IMG/VR virus record: IMGVR_UViG_3300030419_002835
Location: 1 to 55,531 of that record
Direction: 5' to 3' (one strand)
DNA: 55,531 nucleotides
Source of the DNA: a virus
Taxonomy: Duplodnaviria; Caudoviricetes
Positions within the stretch are counted from its first letter, which is position 1, and the number at the start of each line of letters is the position of its first letter. Under the pieces are notes generated by a model, which worked only from the letters and a program-made list of their open reading frames with translations, was not told the DNA's origin and searched no databases. The position numbers and the translations under genes were made by a program. This document shows positions 1 through 8,100 of the stretch, piece by piece.

Positions 1-14
1 ATCTAATTAACAAC

Positions 15-43
15 AAAGGAGGGCACAATTACCCTCCTTTTTT
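15..43 (+). terminator. Rho-independent terminator
   Basis: AAAGGAGGG (15-23) / CCCTCCTTT (32-40) stem, 8-nt loop, T-run to 43. Confidence 0.8.
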
Positions 44-48
44 AGTAG

Positions 49-205
49 TTTTCCACAGAATTATGCTAAAAAGTATTAAAAAAGCCCTTTTTAAATGGCT
101 ATCAGTTGTTTATAACGTTTTCCACAATACTGTTGAAAAGGTGTTAATTAGTGTGGAAATATGCTCATTAAGTGTGGAAAACTATGTGTAATCAGTTGTG
201 GAAAA
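49..205. promoter_or_regulatory. Cluster of cyanobacterial-type DnaA boxes (oriC-like array)
   Basis: TTTTCCACA at 49-57 and 118-126 (+); TGTGGAAAA at 173-181 and 197-205 (-); one-mismatch copies TGTTGAAAA 131-139 and TGTGGAAAT 152-160. Confidence 0.72.
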
Positions 206-270
206 CTTGTTACATAGTAGACTTATTAGCCCTCTTAAATGTGCTCAGATGTTGTTATCTAAGCGAGCGT

Positions 271-299
271 AGTATAACACGAAGCGAGCGATATTACAA
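271..299 (-). promoter_or_regulatory. Leftward sigma70-type promoter with extended -10
   Basis: Minus strand reads TTGTAA (299-294), 17 nt, TATACT (276-271), with TG one base upstream of the -10. Confidence 0.55.
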
Positions 300-389
300 G
301 GGATTTGTAATATTTTGTAGTGTTATACCAAACCAGTTCAGTAACAAACTAGAACCGACAGTTTAGGTTCGATTTTGTAACATAAGGTG

Positions 390-437
390 TATAAATACTG
401 ACAATCTATTGACAACAACTCTCAGGTATTCTATGAT
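390..437 (+). promoter_or_regulatory. Tandem T4 late promoter and sigma70 promoter
   Basis: TATAAATA 390-397; TTGACA 409-414, 17 nt, TATGAT 432-437; followed by RBS GGAGGT 457-462. Confidence 0.75.
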
Positions 438-468
438 ACCTTAGTAACAACCAATCGGAGGTAATCCC

Positions 469-645
469 ATGGCCGTTTCTTACTATAACCGTACAGATAA
501 TAAGTATAGAATAACCCTGGAATTATCAGTCGAAGATGACTTTAATCCAAGGCAAATTGATTGGCGTAAAGTATTAGATTTGCACCCTAATGAGGTAGTG
601 CAATGTTATACTGAAGATCTGAGTAATCCTGTCAGTGATTATTAA
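469..645 (+). CDS. Small hypothetical protein, 58 aa (MAVSYYNRTDNKYRITLELSVEDDFNPRQIDW...), not in the ORF track
   Basis: ATG 469 to TAA 643-645; strong RBS GGAGGT and sigma70 promoter directly upstream. Confidence 0.8.
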   Translation: MAVSYYNRTDNKYRITLELSVEDDFNPRQIDWRKVLDLHPNEVVQCYTEDLSNPVSDY

Positions 646-741
646 TTGGGCCCTTTAAAGTGTCCTACTAGTGTAACACAGTCCTTGGCAAGACTTTAAA
701 CTACCAGTGTTAACAATCCAACCCTAATTTGGTGTTTTATT

Positions 742-846
742 ATGTCTAAAACCTTTGCAATCTTCCTTCTAGAAAATGCAAACAATGGCAATGACATTTT
801 GGCAGTGCTCGATGATATCTCGGAGGTGACAGATACAGTCCTATAA
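742..846 (+). CDS. Small acidic hypothetical peptide, 34 aa (MSKTFAIFLLENANNGNDILAVLDDISEVTDTVL), not in the ORF track
   Basis: ATG 742 to TAA 844-846; protein-like amphipathic composition; no clear SD sequence. Confidence 0.55.
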   Translation: MSKTFAIFLLENANNGNDILAVLDDISEVTDTVL

Positions 847-890
847 GTAACACAAACTGAATACTACAGTAAGTAACACACAGTAAAGCA

Positions 891-935
891 AATAAGGGCA
901 TCGTGGTTGACACTTTGCCCTTATTATGTTAGCCT
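891..935 (+). promoter_or_regulatory. Perfect 10-bp inverted repeat enclosing a -35 box; possible sigma70 promoter
   Basis: AATAAGGGCA 891-900 / TGCCCTTATT 916-925; TTGACA 907-912 in the loop, 17 nt, then TAGCCT 930-935 preceded by TGn. Confidence 0.4.
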
Positions 936-1070
936 CTAGTTAGTAATGCGTATGGACAGTGTTTTTGTTCTTATGTGTTCCCGTGCGGCGGCGCGATGCC
1001 CGTATATAAAAAGGTTAACTACCCTAACCTACAGAGGTGACAATTCGAGAGAGCTTTATCGATATATAAA

Positions 1071-1110
1071 AAAAATCCCGCAGAAAATTTTCACCATCTG
1101 GGGGTTTTTT
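1071..1110. terminator. Imperfect hairpin flanked by A-run and T-run (possible bidirectional terminator)
   Basis: AAAAATCCC-G-CAGA ... TCTG-GGGG-TTTTTT. Confidence 0.4.
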
Positions 1111-1149
1111 AATATATACTATTAACCAACATGAGGAGGTAAAAACGTT

Positions 1150-1383
1150 TTGGATGAAACGGTAACAACATATCACATTTATGCAAAAGATAAATGTTTA
1201 TACCATAATCTAGAGAAAGAAGATTTCGAAGAGAAATGGCAACTCTTAAATGTTATGGTTGGATTAATTAAAACGGACTATGTAGAATCAGATTTATCAT
1301 ATATCGAACTAGCGCCCAAAGTGGGTATGGGAGGCCCTGGTAGGGTTATCCACAAACAAGAATGGGAAGAACATTCATATTGA
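1150..1383 (+). CDS. Hypothetical phage protein, 77 aa (TTG start)
   Basis: ORF preceded by strong RBS GAGGAGGT (1133-1140). Confidence 0.75.
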   Translation: MDETVTTYHIYAKDKCLYHNLEKEDFEEKWQLLNVMVGLIKTDYVESDLSYIELAPKVGMGGPGRVIHKQEWEEHSY

Positions 1384-1408
1384 CACTATACATATAACAG
1401 TGTATAAT
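1380..1408 (+). promoter_or_regulatory. Perfect consensus sigma70 promoter
   Basis: TTGACA 1380-1385, 17 nt, TATAAT 1403-1408, 23 nt before the ATG at 1432. Confidence 0.9.
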
Positions 1409-1431
1409 TGAAATGAAGGTTATTAAACACT

Positions 1432-2235
1432 ATGGCAAAAGGATTTACTGTAAAAACTGTTGCACCTAAGAAGAAAGAACCTGATTGGGATATAGATGCA
1501 ATTAAAGCAAGAATGAAAGGAAAGAGTATAGTCTTTTGCCTACCTGGTAGAGGATGCTCTTTTATCTTTTTAAAGAATTTTGTACAATTATGTTTTGATA
1601 TTGTACAAAACGGAATGAGTATTCAGATAAGTCAAGACTACTCATCAATGGTTAACTTTGCAAGATGTAAGTGTTTAGGTGCTAATGTATTACGTGGGCC
1701 TAAGCAAGTACCTTGGGATGGTAAACTTAAGTATGATTATCAACTATGGATTGACTCGGATATTGTCTTTGATACACAGAAGTTCTGGCAGTTATGTGAT
1801 CTTGCGTATCCTGCAGAAGCAATTAAAGAAGATGGTACAACCGATGAAGAACTATTAAAGAGTCATGCAATTGCTGCAGGTTGGTATGCCACTGAAGATG
1901 GACGCACAACCTCTGTAGCACACTGGTTAGAAGAAGATGATTTCCGCAAGAATGGTGGAGTTATGAATCATGAAACTGTGGAATCCATTTCTAAGCGTAA
2001 GAAACCCTTTACTGTTGATTATACAGGGTTTGGTTGGGTAATGATTAAGAACGGTGTCTTTGAAAATATGGAATATCCTTGGTTTGCTCCTAAGATGCAA
2101 ATCTTTGAGTCTGGTAATGTACAAGATATGTGTGGAGAAGACGTTAGTTTCTGTTTAGATGCAAAGGATATGGGACATGAGATCTGGTGCGACCCTCGGA
2201 TCAGAGTAGGCCACGAAAAAACTCGCGTTATTTAA
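1432..2235 (+). CDS. GT-A fold (GT2-like) glycosyltransferase-like protein
   Basis: Motifs VNFARCK, LWIDSDIVF (DxD), TGFGWVMIK, GEDVSFC (catalytic-base ED) and C-terminal RVGHEK, typical of GT2-like folds. Confidence 0.75.
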   Translation: MAKGFTVKTVAPKKKEPDWDIDAIKARMKGKSIVFCLPGRGCSFIFLKNFVQLCFDIVQNGMSIQISQDYSSMVNFARCKCLGANVLRGPKQVPWDGKLKYDYQLWIDSDIVFDTQKFWQLCDLAYPAEAIKEDGTTDEELLKSHAIAAGWYATEDGRTTSVAHWLEEDDFRKNGGVMNHETVESISKRKKPFTVDYTGFGWVMIKNGVFENMEYPWFAPKMQIFESGNVQDMCGEDVSFCLDAKDMGHEIWCDPRIRVGHEKTRVI

Positions 2236-2242
2236 TTAAATT

Positions 2243-2389
2243 ATGGCAAAAATTGGTGCGGGTTTAATGAAATCCGATTATTTAGAGCAAAAACCGAAAA
2301 AAACTCGTCAAGGAGCAGGCAAACATACCAAATATGCCGCTTCTTCTCGAAATAATAAGTCAAAAAAGTACAGAGGACAAGGAAGATAA
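2243..2389 (+). CDS. Small very basic protein, 48 aa, ending KKYRGQGR; not in the ORF track
   Basis: ATG 2243 to TAA 2387-2389; fills the gap between the GT gene and the terminator; Lys/Arg rich. Confidence 0.8.
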   Translation: MAKIGAGLMKSDYLEQKPKKTRQGAGKHTKYAASSRNNKSKKYRGQGR

Positions 2390-2394
2390 CTACG

Positions 2395-2418
2395 GGAGGC
2401 AGAAATGCCTCCTTTTTT
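2395..2418 (+). terminator. Rho-independent terminator
   Basis: GGAGGCA-GAAA-TGCCTCC followed by TTTTTT. Confidence 0.9.
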
Positions 2419-2454
2419 CATGTGTAAATAGAAAAAAATCGGGAAATTAGGAAA

Positions 2455-2637
2455 ATGAATGATTTTCTAGACAACTTGGGTAATCATCAACACCAAAAAA
2501 TGCTTAGAGAAATCGCAAATGATGATATAACTCCTAAAAAAAGAGATAAAAAGGTAATAAATGACTTATATGAAGCAGTTCCAGACGAAGATGGACTGGA
2601 TTATGACATCAGCCAGGTTCCTTTAGCAGAATTTTAG
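2455..2637 (+). CDS. Hypothetical protein, 60 aa
   Basis: ORF with upstream AGGA and GTAAATA late-promoter-like site; fills the gap before g25. Confidence 0.7.
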   Translation: MNDFLDNLGNHQHQKMLREIANDDITPKKRDKKVINDLYEAVPDEDGLDYDISQVPLAEF

Positions 2638-2650
2638 TAGTAAACCCTTA

Positions 2651-2657
2651 CTAAATA
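2651..2657 (+). promoter_or_regulatory. T4-like late promoter variant before g25
   Basis: CTAAATA in the intergenic region. Confidence 0.55.
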
Positions 2658-2688
2658 ACTTAGATAATAGTATTATTTTTATAATTTA

Positions 2689-3117
2689 ATGCCTGTACAG
2701 CGAGTCAGTAAATCATTTAAAGATATTAGCGCCTCTTTTAAGGTTAATCCGATTACGGATGATCTTATTGCGCTAAAAGATGAGAATGCCATTGCTCGTT
2801 CGGTGATGAACCTTGTATTTACAAATAAAGGTGAAAGAATGTTTCAGAATGATATAGGTTCACAAGTACAAAGTATACTTTTTGAAAATCTTAATGATAT
2901 TACTGCCGATTCCGTTAAGGATGAAATTGAAAATGTCATTCAAAACTATGAACCTAGAGTGAATTTAATAGATGTTGAGGTTTTAAACTCTGAAAAGTTC
3001 AATGATCTTGCATTTAAAGCTGATCGACATGAACTCAACGTCAAGATTACATATGAAATTGTTGGAATTAATGCCCAACCACAACAGTTATCATTCGCCT
3101 TAGAGCCCACACGATAA
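2689..3117 (+). CDS. g25: Baseplate wedge subunit gp25
   Basis: GPW/gp25 motifs (AIARSVMNLVFTNKGERMF, IQNYEPRV); position directly before g6. Confidence 0.93.
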   Translation: MPVQRVSKSFKDISASFKVNPITDDLIALKDENAIARSVMNLVFTNKGERMFQNDIGSQVQSILFENLNDITADSVKDEIENVIQNYEPRVNLIDVEVLNSEKFNDLAFKADRHELNVKITYEIVGINAQPQQLSFALEPTR

Positions 3118-5114
3118 TGCCACTAGTAAATTTCGCCAATCTGGATTTCGATCAGATAAAAACTTCTATTAAGGATTATCTTCGATCTAATTCGAATTTC
3201 ACTGACTATGATTTCGAAGGATCTAACCTATCCAGTATTGTAGATGTACTTGCGTATAACACGTATATTACTTCATACAATGCTAATATGGTATCTAATG
3301 AAGTTTTTATTGATAGTGCCACACTTAGAGAGAATGTTGTTTCTTTAGCACGAAACATTGGATATACTCCAATGTCAAGAAAATCTTCTCGTGCACTAAT
3401 TTCCTTTAGTATTGATACATCGGGTTATGCTACACAACCGGAAACCATTACTCTTAATAAAGGATTAGTTGCTACAAGTGCACGTTTTGGTAATACCAGT
3501 TATATGTTTAGTATTTTAAATGATATAACGGTTCCTGTATTAGATAATAAAGCCTATTTTGATAATATTACCGTTTTTGAAGGAACTTATACTACAAATA
3601 ACTTTACTATTGACTCTTATACACCAAATCAGAGATTTATTCTTCCAAATACGGGTATTGATATATCAACAATTCGTGTTATTGTAAAACCAACAAAAAA
3701 TAGTTCAGTTAAAACGACATATACAAAGGCAGACAGTCTTTTTGACGTTACATCTGACTCAACTGTGTTTTTTGTACAAGAAATTGAAGATGAAAGGCAT
3801 GAAATTATCTTTGGCGACGGTATTTTCGGCAAAAAACTAGATTCTCCCAATTATATTGAAGCATCTTACTTAATATCGAGTGGTGCTGAAGGAAATAATG
3901 TTCAAAAATTCGAATTTACAGGTAAATTAACCTCATCTAGAGAAGCTAGTGCTCTTACAGGTGGTATTTCTGTTATTACTACAAATGAACAGTCTTTTGC
4001 TGGTGCAGAAATTGAAAGTGTTGAATCTATTAAAAAATATGCAACGCGAATTTATGCTTCACAGAACAGAGCTGTAACTGCAAGAGATTATGAAACCATT
4101 GTACCGACTTTATATCCAGAAACTGAATCAGTTGCTGTTTTTGGTGGAGAAGAATTAGATCCTCCACAATTTGGTAAGGTTTACATTAGTGTTAAACCTG
4201 TGAATGGTGCATATCTCTCCAGTATGATTAAAGATAATATTAAGAGAGATATTAAACAGTATGCGGTTGCAGGAATAGTCCCTGAAATCATTGATTTAAA
4301 ATATCTTTATATTGAACCTGATATAAATGTATATTACAATACTAATTTAGCTAGATCAGCGAGTTCTATTACAAGTATTGTATCAACTAACGTTGAAAGA
4401 TATGCAGATTCTACAGAATTGAATAAATTTGGTGCAAGATTCAAATATAGTGAATTTTTACAGATAATTGATGAGAGTAATGCAGCGATTACATCCAATA
4501 TTACTACAATTGTGATGAGAAGGGATTTAAGAACTGTTTTAAATAGTTTTGCTGAGTATGAAATTTGTTTTGGTAATAGATTCCATGTTAAAAACCATGG
4601 ACATTCTCCAAAATATGGAGTTGGATACAATATTAAATCTTCCGGATTTACCGTAAGTGGAATTCCTGGTACTGTATATCTTGCTGATATGCCATATGGT
4701 GATTTACAAGAGGGAACTGTTAATTTAATAAGATTAAGTTCTCCAACTGATCCTATTATTGTCAAAAGAGATGTAGGTGAAATAGATTATATTAAAGGAG
4801 AGGTTAAACTTCATCCGATAAATATTACTTCAACAGTCCTTAATAAAGGGTTCCCTGTTATTGAAGTGTCAGCCGTTCCTTACTCTAATGACGTGATTGG
4901 ATTACAGGATCTTTATTTGCAACTAGATATTAATAACACAACCATTGCTTCCATTTCTGATCGGATATCTTCTGGTAATGATATTTCAGGATCAAATTAT
5001 ATTGTATCTTCAAGTTATGCAAACGGTGGATTGGTTCGTGGGACTCCCCAAATAGTTACATCAGGATCAACAGCATCCACAACACCTATATTAGCAACCA
5101 CTTCGTCCTATTAA
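3117..5114 (+). CDS. g6: Baseplate wedge subunit gp6
   Basis: LDFDQIK...FTDYDFEGSNLS...LAYNT, IIFGDGIFGK, SQNRAVTARDY motifs; 665 aa. Confidence 0.95.
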   Translation: MPLVNFANLDFDQIKTSIKDYLRSNSNFTDYDFEGSNLSSIVDVLAYNTYITSYNANMVSNEVFIDSATLRENVVSLARNIGYTPMSRKSSRALISFSIDTSGYATQPETITLNKGLVATSARFGNTSYMFSILNDITVPVLDNKAYFDNITVFEGTYTTNNFTIDSYTPNQRFILPNTGIDISTIRVIVKPTKNSSVKTTYTKADSLFDVTSDSTVFFVQEIEDERHEIIFGDGIFGKKLDSPNYIEASYLISSGAEGNNVQKFEFTGKLTSSREASALTGGISVITTNEQSFAGAEIESVESIKKYATRIYASQNRAVTARDYETIVPTLYPETESVAVFGGEELDPPQFGKVYISVKPVNGAYLSSMIKDNIKRDIKQYAVAGIVPEIIDLKYLYIEPDINVYYNTNLARSASSITSIVSTNVERYADSTELNKFGARFKYSEFLQIIDESNAAITSNITTIVMRRDLRTVLNSFAEYEICFGNRFHVKNHGHSPKYGVGYNIKSSGFTVSGIPGTVYLADMPYGDLQEGTVNLIRLSSPTDPIIVKRDVGEIDYIKGEVKLHPINITSTVLNKGFPVIEVSAVPYSNDVIGLQDLYLQLDINNTTIASISDRISSGNDISGSNYIVSSSYANGGLVRGTPQIVTSGSTASTTPILATTSSY

Positions 5115-5120
5115 TCGCAG

Positions 5121-8100
5121 ATGATATCTACCGATCTTCAGAGAGTACAGACTCAAGATATAGTTGAGAATCAACTTCCTGCATTTGTTAGGGAAGATTT
5201 TCCTTTATTGCCAGATTTCTTGCGACAGTATTATATTTCGCAAGAATATCCAGGAGCTGCTAATGATTTAATACAAAATATTGATCAATATTTAAAATTA
5301 GAATCTTTAACAACTAATACAGAGTCTACAAAACTTTCAGGTGATCTAAGTATACTTGATACAACAGTTAATGTTTCCTTTGCATCTACGGAAAGTATTT
5401 ACGGTACTTATCAATTTCCTGATAAGTATGGTTTGATTCAAATTGATGATGAAATTATTCTTTATAAGTCAAAAACTGATACTTCATTTGTTGATTGTCA
5501 AAGAGGATTTAGTGGTGTAACATCCTATGATAATATTGATGCAAAAGATCAATTAACTTTTAAAGAATCTTCGGTTGCTAAACATACAAATGGAGCTAAG
5601 ATAGTTAATCTTAGTGCTTTATTATTCCAAGAATTTTTAACTAAAATTAAATATCAATTTACTCCTGGATTCGAAGATAGGGAGTTAGATAGTGAATTAG
5701 ATAAAAGACTGTTTATATCAAGAGCAAACGATTTTTATACATCGAAGGGAACTGATGATTCCTTTAAAACTCTCTTTGGTGCTCTTTATGGAGAGAGTGT
5801 AGATGTTATTAAACCTAAAGAATTTCTTTTTAGGCCTTCAGATGCACAATACAGAGTAGTAAAAGATATAGTTGTTGAAGCCATATCAGGTGATCCTAGT
5901 CAATTATTAAATCAAACTCTTTTTCAGGATGCAAATAGTGCTTATGGAATTCCTAAAGCATATGCACCGATTACAGATGTTGAAAGGGTACTTTATGGTG
6001 GAAAGGAATTTTATAAATTAAGTGTCGATTTTAACTATCAATTAGATATTCCTCTTGAGGGAAGTATTTTTGGGGAATTCTCTGTTCACCCTAATACTAA
6101 AATTATTAATAATGTTTCTGCTGGTGCTACTGTTATTTCTGTAGATTCAACTGTAGGATTCCCTGCGGAGGGTGAATTAATCACTCATTTTAATGCTGGT
6201 ATAAACACTGTTGGAATTTTAACATATACATCTAAATCTGTAAACCAATTCTTTGGAGTTCAGGGTGTAGATACTGCTATTGATAATTTAAGAGATATCA
6301 GATTAAATACGAATGCATATGGTTATGTTGGTATTGGAACAACTACTAAAGTTGAAGTCAGAATAGGTTCTGTTTTATCTACCCCAATTATTGATGAAGA
6401 AACTTATTATTATTCTGAAGATGATACTATAAAAATTAAATCACTTGGTATTACTACAGCAAGTCCTAGAACATATAGTTGGTTATATAATCTTGCAACA
6501 TCATTTTCTATTAAATCTTTAACTTTAATTGATGCTTCTGATTATACTTATGAGGTTGAGACTTATACTGAGAATGATATTGGAGTAGGAGATAATATTG
6601 CAGTTGTTAATACAGCCGGTGTAGAATATACTTCTAGTGTTACTGGTGTGATTAATCCCACTACATTTAGTATTGTAGGACAGGGTGTTATTGACGGAGT
6701 ACCTGGAACAGTAAAAAGAAAATTATTAAAACCAGAAGTAAGTGCTGTTTTATCAAAATATAATTACATTGAATCTAATACTGCAAATGTTCAAAACTCT
6801 TATGTAAATTTTGATCATGATGTTTTAATTGCAGCACCTTCTCTTCCATATTATGCTGATCGGAAATTAAATTTCTATGATAGAGAACTTACCTTAAATG
6901 GCTCTTATGAAGGTGAAACCTTTACTATTACTGATAGAGATGAGCATGGATATTATACAGGAGATCCTGTTTATTATAACAATAATGTAACTGAGACTAC
7001 TGTAGACAATGTAGTTGTTAAAACTATTAGTCAGTTTGATAATATGGATCCAGGAATCTTCTATATGAAGAGGATTAATGGAACTCAATTTAAATTAGCA
7101 AGCAGTCAGGCAAATCTTTATAATGAAGAATATATTTCTGTCTCTGGTATTGTAACATCTAATACGATAATACCATCAGATTTCCATAATAAGATATTAC
7201 AGCACCAAAATTTAATAAGACAATTTAAAGAGCCTAGTAAGAAGAGTGGTATCTATGAGACAGAACCTGGTAAGACAGGTATGTTAATTAATGGTGTAGA
7301 AATACTTAATTATAAGTCTCAAGAAATAGTTTATTCTGGAACTTTAACCTCAATTGATATTGCTAGTGAAGGATCTGATTATGATGTTATTAATCCACCA
7401 ATTCTTTCAATTCAAGATGCAACTGGAGTTGGTGCAACTGGAGTTGTAGCTGTAAAGGGTGTTTTTGAAGCAATTGATATTATTGATCCAGGATTTGATT
7501 ATGTCTCAAAACCTATTTTAACAATTAGTGGGGGAAATGGTATTAATGCCACTGCCACTGTTAATACAAAATATATTGATCATTCAGTATCTTTTAATGC
7601 AACTGCTGCATCGGCAAGAGTAAACATTGATAATGATACTATTGGTTTTTCTACCTATCATAAATTTAGAAATGCTGAAAAAGTAATCTATAAAACAGAT
7701 GCACAACGTGCAGTTACTGGACTGACTACAGATGCCATTTATTATGTCAATGTAGCTACTGCCTCTACAATTAAATTATATCCAACTGAAGCAGATTTAA
7801 TAGTTGGAATTAATACTGTAGATTTAACTGGATATGGTGAAGGTGTTCATAGAATAGAAGCATTTAATCAGAAACAAATTTTATCCAATATTGTAGTTGA
7901 TAATGGTGGAGAGAATTATGAAAATAAACAGAGATCATGTTCTCCTGCTGGAATTAACACTGCATCGGATCAAGTAAACATCGTTAATCATGATTATAAT
8001 TCAAGAGATATAATAAAGTATTCTAATGATTCAACTGCAGTTAGTGGATTAACTGATGATACCTCATATATTGTTACCCGTGTAGATGCAAATAATTTTA

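Noticed and set aside
49-300. Possible CRISPR-like mini-array
   Set aside because: Repeats are only 9 bp, occur in both orientations with irregular spacing, and no cas genes are present.
172-366. 64-aa ORF (MWKTMCNQLWKT...) in the ORF track
   Set aside because: Its WKT repeats are simply the translated DnaA boxes; GTG start without RBS; overlaps promoter and palindrome elements.
1-1130. NtcA (GTA-N8-TAC) or Pho box regulation of the control region
   Set aside because: Many GTA half-sites, but I found no correctly spaced palindrome or convincing 11-bp-period Pho repeat by eye.
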